A stretch of DNA of 64,000 bases from an uncultured Rhabdochlamydiaceae bacterium (lineage in GTDB: Bacteria > Chlamydiota > Chlamydiia > Chlamydiales > Rhabdochlamydiaceae): NCBI GenBank assembly GCA_963712275.1, contig CAVQHD010000001.1, positions 1,472,001 to 1,536,000 of the forward strand, read 5' to 3'. How positions within the stretch are numbered: the stretch's first letter is position 1; each line of letters starts with the position of its first letter. This document shows positions 21,597-31,197 of this stretch, one piece after another. The translations under genes and the position numbers were made by a program. The notes under the pieces are model-generated. The model was given only the letters and a program-made list of their open reading frames with translations, did not search any database and was not told the DNA's origin.

Positions 21597-22828
21597 CCCG
21601 CCACCTTTGCCCACAGCCCTTCAGGACGGTTTTCATAGCACTCGGCTGTCACAATTGTATTTCGAGGCACACTCGAATCAAGATAGATAGGAAGAAAGTT
21701 ATCCGAATGTCCAAAACCTTCACTCTCAACAAGCACTTGAAGACGTGTTCCTATACTCTCTTCTCGGAGGGCAAACGCCTGTTTCTCCGACTCTCGAAGA
21801 ACCACCTCTTTTCTCTCTTGAATCACAGCCGGTAGGACACGGTTCGGATAGAGGGCCGCCCTTGTCCTTTCCCTTACACTATAGGGAAACATGTGGACTT
21901 TGGTAAACCGCACTTCTTTCATTACCTCTAGCGTCTCCTGAAAGTCGGCCTCTGTTTCCCCTGGAAAGCCCACAATGATGTCGGTGGTAAACCTAAAGCG
22001 AGGAGAGGCTTTTTTAACCTCCGTAATGGTTCTTAAAAACCGCTGTTTTGTGTACTTCCGATTCATGCGCTTCAAGATTACATTTGAGCCTGACTGAAGA
22101 ACGATGTGAAAGGAAGGGCATGTCTTACGGCCTGTAAGCACAGCATCCAATAACTCTTCATCCACCTCATCAGGGTCGATCGAAGAGATTCGGATGCGCT
22201 CCAGCCCGTCGATCCGATCAACGGCTTTCACAAGATCGGCCAGCTTCTCCCCATTTTCCCCAGCAAAATCGCCTACGTTAATCCCCGTTAAAACCACTTC
22301 CCGATACCCGTTTTCCACAAGCCCTCGAATCTCTCCTAAAATCTCTGAAAATTTCCGAGAGCGCGATCTTCCTCGAACATAAGGAAGAATGCAGTAGGTG
22401 CAAAACGAGTTACATCCATCCTGAATTTTGACAAACGCCCGCGTATGGGCTGCGAATTGATCGATCTTGAATTCAGGAAGGTCAGCTTCGGGGAGGACAA
22501 CCTTTAAAAGGGATTCTTTCTCTTTATTAGAAACAACATGGGCAACTCCCTCTATCGCTCCGATTTCAGCGGGGAGCCTCTCCGCAAGGCATCCTGTCAC
22601 CACGAGCTTTGCCTCAGGAGAAGATCGATGCAGCTGCCGGATTTGGGCCCGGCTGCTCCGATCAGCCCCCTCTGTCACCGTACACGTATTGACAATGCAA
22701 ATCTCTGCTGCCTCCTCCCCTTGAGCCTCTTCATACCCAAGCGCCCGCAGCTGAGAGGCATAAGCCTCCGATTCATATTGATTTGTTCTGCACCCTAAGG
22801 TAGCAATTTTAAACTTTCTTTTTTCCAT
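21593..22828 (-). CDS. mtaB: tRNA t6A37 methylthiotransferase
   Basis: TLGCRTNQYES, NTCTVT, radical SAM CxxxCxxC (GCNSFCTYC), HMFPYS.R. Confidence 0.93.
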   Translation of the reverse strand: MEKRKFKIATLGCRTNQYESEAYASQLRALGYEEAQGEEAAEICIVNTCTVTEGADRSSRAQIRQLHRSSPEAKLVVTGCLAERLPAEIGAIEGVAHVVSNKEKESLLKVVLPEADLPEFKIDQFAAHTRAFVKIQDGCNSFCTYCILPYVRGRSRSRKFSEILGEIRGLVENGYREVVLTGINVGDFAGENGEKLADLVKAVDRIDGLERIRISSIDPDEVDEELLDAVLTGRKTCPSFHIVLQSGSNVILKRMNRKYTKQRFLRTITEVKKASPRFRFTTDIIVGFPGETEADFQETLEVMKEVRFTKVHMFPYSVRERTRAALYPNRVLPAVIQERKEVVLRESEKQAFALREESIGTRLQVLVESEGFGHSDNFLPIYLDSSVPRNTIVTAECYENRPEGLWAKVAG

Positions 22829-22839
22829 TCAAAGGTGGT

Positions 22840-24513
22840 TTATGAATTAGGAGTTTTTAAATTAAAGCCATACGACATTAGCAGCTCTGCAATAGTTGGA
22901 GAACCAACCCAGTGGTGCCACAGGGACCCAAGATCTATCTCTTCACTTTTTATTTTATGAGTGCTCAAAAGGTATTCCACAAACCTCACGTCGCCTTTTC
23001 TAACAACTTGGAAGAAAAATTGTACGTTGATAGGAGATTTCTTTTCAAAAACGTTATCTGCCAAGATCTTAAAGATTTCGAAACTCGGATTTGATTGTCC
23101 CTGCAGATGATCCAAAAGGGTATGCCCATGATCGTCGAATTTGTTTAAATTCTCATTTTTCAGTTGTTGGACCAAGCCAAGATCGTAGCTCACATAACGA
23201 ATGATACTACAGGGTGGAAAGGGTTGTTTAAACGCTTTCAAGGCAATTTCTCGAAGATGTTCTGAGGCTCTCTTTGATTCAAAGAGATAATAATTAAAAG
23301 AGAGGACCCCGGACCATAGAAGCATATGAGGCCATCCTTTTGAAAAAGAAAGTCCCCATCGATTGGCTAGAGAAGCAAAAGCTTTTATCGCCACACAAGA
23401 GCTTCCGATAAGGACAATCCAAAAACGAGAGTTAAGAATCTCTCGGGCAATTTCAAATTTGCGTTTAGAAAGAGCAATATTGACAACAGGTCTTCGAGTT
23501 CCTATCCAAGCCCATTCATCAGGAATCAAAATCGGCTCGGCCTGCTCCTGAGCCTGTTTTAGCACAGCGTCTAAATTAGGCTTCTCCCACAGAAGACTTT
23601 CCAACTTAGTATCTTGTCTAGTGGCTAGCGTCCCTTTTTTACGGTCGTTAGATCTCTCTACAGATATGTAAGGGAGGTTCTCCTTGGAAGAAGGAGGCTC
23701 AGCTCCAAGAGAGAAGAGTTTACATAAATCTGAAAGAATGTAGTGTGACTCGCTGTATTCCAAGTTGAAACCGTCGCCTAGCTTTATCCGCGCCGCATTT
23801 TTAATGTTAAATCCCTTGGCTACCAAAGCACGCATCACTTTGATCTTTTTAACAGAGCGCCAAAGGGCTGATTGATCATTTGCATTGCAGTTGCGCAGTG
23901 TGACCAAATCTTGCTCTAAAGTGTAAATGGCGCAGCTGGGATGCTTTTGGACCATTTGAATCAAGTCCGATGAGTCTAAAGCCGATAAGGGGGCCAGTAA
24001 TTTAAAAACTTCAAATGGAGCTTTGTTATGCTTACTCCAAGTATAGTCACTCCAACCGGATCCAATGAGGGTTTTTAATAGATTTTTCCGCTCACCTCCT
24101 ATTCCTGAACACTCTTTTGTTAAATTTGCAGGGGTTCTAATCAAGGTTTTTACGACTTCAGGGTCTTCCCCCATGTAAGTCACAGTACTATAGGGGACGG
24201 GCGATTGTTTGGTAAATACTTGAAGAGCGGCTTTTCTAATGGCATAAATAAACCATTTGTATTCCAATACCGTCCATCCATAAGTAACAAGAAACCCAGA
24301 CAAGAGAGTTCCCTTGAATGAAGTTTTTAGTTTGCTGTGCATGAAAACAGCCCAGCAAGCAGAGACGACTGCTGTTCGAGTTGCAATCAACAAAAGATTG
24401 AGCGATGAAGGTAAATGAATAGAATATTCGTCACTTTCCAGCCTCTGATAAGTCGAGGGTTTTACAGGAGGATAAAAAAAAGACTTAACACTAGAAGTGA
24501 TTAATGTAAACAC
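22840..24513 (-). CDS. membrane-anchored repeat protein, paralog 1 (ends before ankyrin)
   Basis: 557 aa; colinear with 25372-27213; two internal repeats, each with a hydrophobic pair. Confidence 0.7.
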   Translation of the reverse strand: MFTLITSSVKSFFYPPVKPSTYQRLESDEYSIHLPSSLNLLLIATRTAVVSACWAVFMHSKLKTSFKGTLLSGFLVTYGWTVLEYKWFIYAIRKAALQVFTKQSPVPYSTVTYMGEDPEVVKTLIRTPANLTKECSGIGGERKNLLKTLIGSGWSDYTWSKHNKAPFEVFKLLAPLSALDSSDLIQMVQKHPSCAIYTLEQDLVTLRNCNANDQSALWRSVKKIKVMRALVAKGFNIKNAARIKLGDGFNLEYSESHYILSDLCKLFSLGAEPPSSKENLPYISVERSNDRKKGTLATRQDTKLESLLWEKPNLDAVLKQAQEQAEPILIPDEWAWIGTRRPVVNIALSKRKFEIAREILNSRFWIVLIGSSCVAIKAFASLANRWGLSFSKGWPHMLLWSGVLSFNYYLFESKRASEHLREIALKAFKQPFPPCSIIRYVSYDLGLVQQLKNENLNKFDDHGHTLLDHLQGQSNPSFEIFKILADNVFEKKSPINVQFFFQVVRKGDVRFVEYLLSTHKIKSEEIDLGSLWHHWVGSPTIAELLMSYGFNLKTPNS

Positions 24514-24574
24514 GACTTCCTCCTCTTACAGGTAAGAAGTTTACCACAAAAGAAGTTAAAATAATATCAAAATT

Positions 24575-24781
24575 TTATTTTTTTCGAGGTAGAATCTTGG
24601 ATTTTTTCTTACCTGACGGCTTGATTGGAACAAGCGCATACCGATAAGGCGGCTTGACTTCTACAATTTTGCCATTGCGAGCAAAAACAAGCGCTGTGCC
24701 CGTGCGAACCGCAGTTTCAAACGCTCTTTTAAAACTTTTTTTATGAGCTTTCAAGAGCATTTCAATGAAATCATCTTTCAT
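24575..24781 (-). CDS. small basic protein, putative partner of the zeta-like ATPase
   Basis: 68 aa; overlaps the upstream gene end; G..LV..RNGKIVEV.P pattern. Confidence 0.65.
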   Translation of the reverse strand: MKDDFIEMLLKAHKKSFKRAFETAVRTGTALVFARNGKIVEVKPPYRYALVPIKPSGKKKSKILPRKK

Positions 24782-25367
24782 AGGCCGCCTTTTTTATTTT
24801 TTCCCAAGCATCCCGATCTAAAACATCTATTGCTTCATTGACCCCTTTCCGAGCAATAATCTTGCCTAGTTTTCCCTTTGGCTCTTCAGTAGAGTTATCC
24901 ACTATAACTGTCATATGCGTCAAAGACAAGTACTCTGTTAAAAGATTTTTTAGCCCAGCGTGATAACGTCTCAGAATAGTATTTTCAGCCACGTCATGCC
25001 CACCTTGCTTGACTCTTTGAGCCACCCTTTTTATAGCTTGTTCAGGAGTCGCAAGCCACAGATAAAACAGAATAATGTCATACCCTTTTGATTTTGCGAT
25101 TTTCAAGTGGTTGACACAGTTTTTCCAAGCCAAAGTGGTTTCAAATGCAAAACTCTTATTATTTTCTAGAAGCTCTTTGAGGCGCTTGATCATTAATTTA
25201 CTTGCTGTAAGCGCCATACTCTCAGGATGTTTGGGAGCAAGTCCTCTAGCTATTTCATCGGCATTGATAAACTCGTATAAGATCGGACTGTTAGCAAGAA
25301 GCTCAAGCGCCATGGTTGTTTTACCCGCTCCATTGGGTCCTGCAATCATCAGAATTTTTTTCGACAC
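24771..25367 (-). CDS. zeta-toxin-like P-loop ATPase/kinase
   Basis: IAGPNGAGKTT, INADEIA, FAFETTL, RV..RV..GGH, DNS. Confidence 0.85.
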   Translation of the reverse strand: MSKKILMIAGPNGAGKTTMALELLANSPILYEFINADEIARGLAPKHPESMALTASKLMIKRLKELLENNKSFAFETTLAWKNCVNHLKIAKSKGYDIILFYLWLATPEQAIKRVAQRVKQGGHDVAENTILRRYHAGLKNLLTEYLSLTHMTVIVDNSTEEPKGKLGKIIARKGVNEAIDVLDRDAWEKIKKAAYER

Positions 25368-25371
25368 AGAT

Positions 25372-27213
25372 TTAATACCTTCCCCATTTAAACTCTTTTA
25401 GATAAGCCATTCCTAAGCAACGGATTTTCACCTGCAAGGGCAATTGATTAAAATTGGGAACTTGACTCCTATGGAATTGAGCGCCGGCAGCTAGGAGCGC
25501 CAGAACTTTAGGAACACAAAGATATTCTGCGTTTAATGAGGCGTGCAAAGGCGTCATTCCATCTTCATTCGTGGCTTCTAAATTAAAGCCATGGAATTTC
25601 AGCAGTTTTGCCACGCCTGAGCAATTAACGTACTGCCAAAGCTCAAAGTGATTAGGGACATCCTTAATTTCTATTTTTCCAGGGCTTAAAAGATACTGCA
25701 CAAATCTCGCCTGCCCTTTTCTCACAACATGGAAGAAAAATTCCATTTTATTAGAGGACTCCTCTTGAAGAACCTTATCCGCTAGGATCTTAAAGATTTC
25801 GAAACTCGGATTTCGCTGTCCTTCCAGATGACCCCATAAGGTACACCCACGATCATCAAACTTGTTTAACTTCTCTTCTTTCAACTGCTGGACCAAGCCA
25901 AGGTCGTGGCTCACATAACGAGCGACACTGTGAGGTGGAAATGGGTTCCTAAACGCTTTCAGAGCAAGATCCCGAAGATGCAGTGCGGCTCTTCTTGATT
26001 CGAAGAGGTAGCAACCCCAAGAAATAAGACCAGACGCCAGAAATGCCCCGCCAATCCTTTGTAAAAGGGTCCATTTCTTAGCAAAAGCAAAGGCCTTTAA
26101 CGCAATGCAAAAAGTCGTGATAAGGACAATCCTAAAACGAGAGTTGAGAGTGCTTTGCGCAAGCTCGAATTGATCTTGAGAAAGATCAATATTCACAACG
26201 GGCCCTCGGGTTCCTATCCAAGCCTGTTCATCAGGGATAGGGATCGGCTCAGCCTGACCTCGAGCCTGATCGAATACAGCAGCTAATCTAGGCGCCTTCG
26301 GCAATAGGGCTTGCCATTCAACACGCCTTCTAACAACTCTTACCTCTTCTTTCGGATCAGAAGGCTGCTCTCTGTCTCGGCAATTGATTTTCTCATCGAG
26401 AGCTGGTGGCTGTGCTCCAAGAGAGAGTAGGCAACATGCATGCGAAATAAACTCGTAAAGAGAGGAAGAGCCACTACGCAAAACCCCGGGTAATTTTATT
26501 CGCACAGCATCTTTAATGCTAAATCCTCCAGCTGCCAAGGCGCGCATCACGCTGATATCGTGTACAAAATGCCAAAGCATCCATTGATTCTTCGCCGTGC
26601 AGTCGCCCACTGTGACCAAGTTTTGCTTCAAAGTGTAAACAGCACAGCGAGGATGCCACTTCACCATGTTAATTAGATCCACAGCATCTAAATCCTGCGA
26701 GGCATTGGCTAGCAATTTAAAAATCTCAAGCCATGTTTCGTAGCGATGAGCGGAAGTCCAATTGAGACTAACAAGGGTTTTGAGTAAAGTCGTCCCAAGT
26801 AGAGTCGTCCCCGTTTGAGCACATTTTTTTGCTAAATTTGCAGGGGTTTTGATCAAGGTTTTGACAGCTTCGAGATCTGTCCCCATGTAGGTTGCAGTGC
26901 AAACAGGCACGGGCGATTGTTGGGTAAATATCGCAAGGGCGGCTTTTCTAACAGCACGCGTAAAACATTGGTACTCCAATACCACCCATCCACAAGCGAC
27001 AAGAGGTGCATAGAGGATAGACATTTTTAGCTTGCTGCGCATGAAAATCGCTGCGCAGACAGAGACGATGACTGTTCGGGCTGCAATCAACGGACTATTA
27101 GGCGATAAAATCCAAGAGTCAGGCGTAATAGGCTTGTCACTTCTCAGCTTCTCATAAGTCAATGGATGTACGGCAGGAGAAAAAAAAGGCTTAATCTTGG
27201 AAGCGATAGACAT
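25372..27213 (-). CDS. membrane-anchored repeat protein with C-terminal ankyrin repeat, paralog 2
   Basis: 613 aa; GFNLEATNEDGMTPLH...V.ALLAAGA ankyrin motif. Confidence 0.7.
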   Translation of the reverse strand: MSIASKIKPFFSPAVHPLTYEKLRSDKPITPDSWILSPNSPLIAARTVIVSVCAAIFMRSKLKMSILYAPLVACGWVVLEYQCFTRAVRKAALAIFTQQSPVPVCTATYMGTDLEAVKTLIKTPANLAKKCAQTGTTLLGTTLLKTLVSLNWTSAHRYETWLEIFKLLANASQDLDAVDLINMVKWHPRCAVYTLKQNLVTVGDCTAKNQWMLWHFVHDISVMRALAAGGFSIKDAVRIKLPGVLRSGSSSLYEFISHACCLLSLGAQPPALDEKINCRDREQPSDPKEEVRVVRRRVEWQALLPKAPRLAAVFDQARGQAEPIPIPDEQAWIGTRGPVVNIDLSQDQFELAQSTLNSRFRIVLITTFCIALKAFAFAKKWTLLQRIGGAFLASGLISWGCYLFESRRAALHLRDLALKAFRNPFPPHSVARYVSHDLGLVQQLKEEKLNKFDDRGCTLWGHLEGQRNPSFEIFKILADKVLQEESSNKMEFFFHVVRKGQARFVQYLLSPGKIEIKDVPNHFELWQYVNCSGVAKLLKFHGFNLEATNEDGMTPLHASLNAEYLCVPKVLALLAAGAQFHRSQVPNFNQLPLQVKIRCLGMAYLKEFKWGRY

Positions 27214-27216
27214 TAC

Positions 27217-27891
27217 TTAATTATTCCCCTGCATGAGTTTTTCAATTCCCTCGGTATACCACTGGCTGTTTTCAAGCTGAATCAAGGCCGTCATGATGCA
27301 AATTTTAGTTGCCCGCAAACGGTCAATTCTTCCTCGCGTAAGAAGACCAATCAAACCCTCTGACGCCCCTAAATTGGATTTAGATGTGATCCCGCTATGA
27401 TAGCAAGCTTGTCCTAGGTCCATTTTTTTCTCTAGCACCAGATGAAGCAGTTGAGGAGGGATTTCAACTCCAAGAGAAAGCCCTGTATAGTAATGCAATC
27501 CATCATACACACAGCAGACTGTTGTTTCCAAGTATCCCGATTGAGTCCCCGGCGCTTCCAACAAGCCGCTTTCGATACCAAAGCTATACTGACAGGAGCC
27601 GCTGGCAACAAAGGCGTTTTTGGCTCGGCTTTTCGCACCTTGTATCGTTTCTGCAAGAGAGAGCGGCTCACTTGCAACCTCTGAGCTAACTTCATAGGCA
27701 AGGATTTCAGCTCCTGCTAGATTGGAATAGCTTTGAGCCACTTCAGTCACAGCTTGCACTTTAACTGGATTCGTCGAACCTACAGCAATTACCATTTTTA
27801 ATACCTTATTTTTAGTTTCGTATGCGTCACTGAGGGAGGGAACTAAGGTGCAAATGATGTACAAAATTACCGCTTTTTTCACCCTTCTCAT
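27217..27891 (-). CDS. yjjX: inosine/xanthosine triphosphatase with N-terminal signal-like extension
   Basis: VGSTNPVK, ET..GA..RA, GIESG, G.IG.LT.G...R; ggagg SD before the upstream ATG. Confidence 0.85.
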   Translation of the reverse strand: MRRVKKAVILYIICTLVPSLSDAYETKNKVLKMVIAVGSTNPVKVQAVTEVAQSYSNLAGAEILAYEVSSEVASEPLSLAETIQGAKSRAKNAFVASGSCQYSFGIESGLLEAPGTQSGYLETTVCCVYDGLHYYTGLSLGVEIPPQLLHLVLEKKMDLGQACYHSGITSKSNLGASEGLIGLLTRGRIDRLRATKICIMTALIQLENSQWYTEGIEKLMQGNN

Positions 27892-27909
27892 TCGTCCTCC
27901 AACAATGGG

Positions 27910-28668
27910 TTAACTATCTCTTTGAACACCGTAAATTTGACTTATGTTGGTTATTAAGTCTTTAAGATGGATATGTTTTAATCCGAGCGCCTTAAGATTA
28001 GGAGGATTTTTTGTGCACTCGCTTAAGAATTTTCGCATGTCTTCTTTGATGCTTCCTGGCAAATCCATGCGGGTATTAGCTGTAAGCAATTGGTACAAAC
28101 GAATGATATCGTTTTTATGCTTACGAATGTTTTTCTCGTCTACAGCAGTATCAGCAGCCGATAGATTCAGCCACGCTCGTGCTTTTAATGGAATGAGATA
28201 TTCTGGACGGAGGGTAGATAAATCTCCGATTTCACATTTTCCCTCATGGATAAATGGGTAATATTCTTCATCCAGCAAAATTGCAGAAAGACTTGAAATT
28301 TCCTCATCAATCGGTATAGGTGTTAAATGCCCCCCTTTCATCAATGAGATTGGATCAGGCTTTCGAGAGAATAATTCCACCATTTGGGGATAGTCAGAAT
28401 TTTCTGGATCATGAAATCGATAAAATAGTTTTTTTCCTGTGCTTTTCTGCTGATGTTGATATTTTCCAGCTTTGATAAATTCCCAAAAAGCTTTCACAAA
28501 TTTACTATTTAATGCTTCGATACATAAAACAATGTCGAGATCTTTTGTTGCACGAAAATCAAGCCCCATCTCTTCCATAGCTAACATACATGCCGTCCCA
28601 CCAATGAGGACGTATTGATTAGTAAATGGAGCAAAATGTCTTCTGAATTCATCTAAGCCTTTTACCAT
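27910..28668 (-). CDS. AbiEii-like nucleotidyltransferase (putative type IV toxin)
   Basis: LIGGTAC...R.TKDLD (GG-x-DxD), LIPLKA.A, KH..D. Confidence 0.75.
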   Translation of the reverse strand: MVKGLDEFRRHFAPFTNQYVLIGGTACMLAMEEMGLDFRATKDLDIVLCIEALNSKFVKAFWEFIKAGKYQHQQKSTGKKLFYRFHDPENSDYPQMVELFSRKPDPISLMKGGHLTPIPIDEEISSLSAILLDEEYYPFIHEGKCEIGDLSTLRPEYLIPLKARAWLNLSAADTAVDEKNIRKHKNDIIRLYQLLTANTRMDLPGSIKEDMRKFLSECTKNPPNLKALGLKHIHLKDLITNISQIYGVQRDS

Positions 28669-29657
28669 TTGATGTCCTTTATAAGTTTTTCCAATGCTAT
28701 CTCAACTCTCTCATTTTGAGTCCCTTTCAAACTCAAATAAAGCGAAAAAAAATCTACGAGTCCCCCCTTTGCAAAAAGTTTCGGATTATAGCTCCAAACT
28801 TCAAGTTCAATATCGGCTTCCTCTGCTGAAGGAAGTTCTTGAACAGTGCCCAGCTGCTGAAGCCTTTTCCAAACCTCTGAACTCACAGCATAGATTGGAT
28901 GTATAGGTGGCGTTAACTCTGCAAGTGCGCTTAGGCCTGCTAGAACACCTACGGTCTCAACTTCCTTAATATTGCTCTTTTCCAATCTCAACCATAAACG
29001 CTTTTTCACCGGATTCTGCATCAATGGCTCGGCCTGCTTCCAGAGTAAAGATCGGTTTTCTGCAAAGCAGAACCATCGTTCTTTTCCTTTTCGAACAGCC
29101 TTGCCAAGACCTACCATTTCAAGTTCATTAAGAGCTCGTGTCATAGTCATAGGAGTATAATTCAATGCTTTTGCCAACTTTAATGGAATAAATTGTTTTT
29201 CATTTTGATGTGTCAAAGCATAAATTACAACGGCTTGCGTTGATGGCATTATTCTATGAATAGATCGGTGTGTTTGACAACTACGGTATCTATCGAGCCA
29301 ATCCACCCCCAAACCAGGTAAATAAGTCTGCCTATGAGGGATCACAAACTGAATCCCATGCTGAATCAGCCTTTTACGGTCGTACGAGGATATGGTCTTA
29401 CACACATAAATGCATGGAATTCCAGCCTTTGCTTGAAGCTGCTCTAAGTTCTTGCGGACTAATGCAGGCGTTAATTCGCCGCTCCCCCGAGGCACCGCTA
29501 AAATAAACGGCTTCATTAGCAATAATACTGTATAAAAACTATAGAAATCCTGAAGAAAAAAAGGCAAATTTTTTGCCCCTCTCCAGGGTTTTGGGTTAAG
29601 GCAAATACCCAACGTTTCTTGCAGGTAATGCTTAAGATCTTGAATCACAGCTTCCAT
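28662..29657 (-). CDS. wHTH (MarR-like) AbiEi-like antitoxin/regulator
   Basis: LAKAL.Y..MT.TRAL.ELE..GL helix-turn-helix; AG.SAL; VD..SLY; overlaps the NTase start. Confidence 0.7.
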   Translation of the reverse strand: MEAVIQDLKHYLQETLGICLNPKPWRGAKNLPFFLQDFYSFYTVLLLMKPFILAVPRGSGELTPALVRKNLEQLQAKAGIPCIYVCKTISSYDRKRLIQHGIQFVIPHRQTYLPGLGVDWLDRYRSCQTHRSIHRIMPSTQAVVIYALTHQNEKQFIPLKLAKALNYTPMTMTRALNELEMVGLGKAVRKGKERWFCFAENRSLLWKQAEPLMQNPVKKRLWLRLEKSNIKEVETVGVLAGLSALAELTPPIHPIYAVSSEVWKRLQQLGTVQELPSAEEADIELEVWSYNPKLFAKGGLVDFFSLYLSLKGTQNERVEIALEKLIKDIKW

Positions 29658-29671
29658 CGATTCCTTCCGAA

Positions 29672-29732
29672 CGATAACTCATTATCTGCACAATAACATA
29701 GGTAATGTTATCGTGCAAAAACTGAGTTATCG
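29672..29732. promoter_or_regulatory. long imperfect inverted repeat, putative AbiE-like operator
   Basis: cgataactca..tgcacaataacat / atgttatcgtgca..tgagttatcg, just upstream of the antitoxin ATG. Confidence 0.7.
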
Positions 29733-29825
29733 AGTTGATTCTCTATAATTTACAGCGGATTTAAAACGGTTAGGTTAACCATTCCTGAGCGACAGCATGT
29801 CTTGACTCTTGAAAAGACTTCAAGT

Positions 29826-30059
29826 TTAAACATAACGAGCAGTATATTTGTCGATTAACACTCTAATCATTGTCTGATAATTCGTGTTATATTTTGCAGC
29901 TTCATTTTTAAAAAAATCTATACTTGACTTTGTTAAAGATATCGTAATTTTCTTTGTTTCTTCTTTTAAAACCAAATCTTTTGGTTTGGGCAAAAAATCA
30001 TCCACAATTTTAATTTTTCCAATAGGCTCGTTTGTATACTTAGCTTTGCGCTTTCTCAT
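29826..30059 (-). CDS. BrnA/CopG-like RHH antitoxin
   Basis: DDFLP.P.DL....T.KITI.L....IDFFK..A......YQ.MIR. Confidence 0.8.
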   Translation of the reverse strand: MRKRKAKYTNEPIGKIKIVDDFLPKPKDLVLKEETKKITISLTKSSIDFFKNEAAKYNTNYQTMIRVLIDKYTARYV

Positions 30060-30089
30060 AAATTTTCCTTGATCCCACTTAAAAACCAT
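30060..30089 (-). pseudogene. 10-codon BrnT-like toxin stub fused in frame to the antitoxin
   Basis: MVFKWDQGKF matches the BrnT N-terminal M.F.WD..K signature. Confidence 0.55.
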
Positions 30090-30273
30090 TTCATCTCATA
30101 CGGACAATGCTATCGAATACCCATATTTATCGCCATATATTTATACATATTACCTTACAGGATTATTGACTAGCATCGAGAAATGTTCTTTTTAGCGGTT
30201 AAAATCTTGAAATTTTTCTAGCAGGCATTGCTAGCTAAATAGTATGATATTTCTCACAAACGAAGGAGAATAT

Positions 30274-31158
30274 ATGGCTATACCTCCAGTGCAACGATTT
30301 GATTTTAGCACATTTGTAGAAGGCAAACTTTGTATGTCTCATAAGAACCTTTTTGCATGTGAGACTCCCCTATTAAAAGAAAAAAATCTCTGTGAATTTC
30401 TCATAAATCTTGATCAAGAAGAATACCAAATTGCAACTCAAGAAAATAAAGATCTTATTGAGGAAAAAAATGCTGAGCAAATTGTAAAGCAGCAACTTCT
30501 ACTTGCTGAACAAGAAACTCTGGTGAATAAGCAGAAAGAAAGCGAGAACGCACAATTTTATTGGCGCATTGCAAAGTATGCGATGTTTGGACTAGGAGCA
30601 TTAGCTTTTGTGGGATCTCTGTTTTATGTATGGAAGACTCGGGCAGAAATAGCAAAGTGGGATGCTTGGAGCAAAGCAGTCATAGAATATAACAAAAGAC
30701 CTGAGAATCACCAGATTGCTCGGGATTGGCTCGATAGAGTCCCCGGTGGAAAAGAACGTTATGAGAAATATCAAGCTGAGCTTAAACAAAAGTTTGGGGC
30801 TCATGATGGTGGGATAACCAAAGCAAGATATGAAGATCGATCGCGAACATTTGGTGGGGCATCCGTTGCTCTAGGTCTAGCGGGAGGCGGTTGTGCATTA
30901 GTAGAGCAATTAGTTGCCCTTCCTTCTTCTGATATCGCAGAAATTAACGAAGAATTTGGACCAAAAGATTACCAAATTAGCAAAAATAGAGAATTACGAA
31001 TCCTCGATAAGATTCGTCGTATTGAGCTAAGAATGAAAGCTATTCATGATGAAACAGAACAAATTCAATTAGGCCAAGCATTTGATTATTTTACCCGTTT
31101 TAAGCCTTTAAATCCTGACAATATTGTACACCACCAACACCATCATGATCATTTATAG
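30274..31158 (+). CDS. hypothetical coiled-coil membrane protein with His-rich tail
   Basis: ggaga SD before MAIPP; two hydrophobic segments; ends HHQHHHDHL. Confidence 0.65.
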   Translation: MAIPPVQRFDFSTFVEGKLCMSHKNLFACETPLLKEKNLCEFLINLDQEEYQIATQENKDLIEEKNAEQIVKQQLLLAEQETLVNKQKESENAQFYWRIAKYAMFGLGALAFVGSLFYVWKTRAEIAKWDAWSKAVIEYNKRPENHQIARDWLDRVPGGKERYEKYQAELKQKFGAHDGGITKARYEDRSRTFGGASVALGLAGGGCALVEQLVALPSSDIAEINEEFGPKDYQISKNRELRILDKIRRIELRMKAIHDETEQIQLGQAFDYFTRFKPLNPDNIVHHQHHHDHL

Positions 31159-31197
31159 TCATAGTCATAAAAAGGCCATGCTTTTTGCAATTCCATT

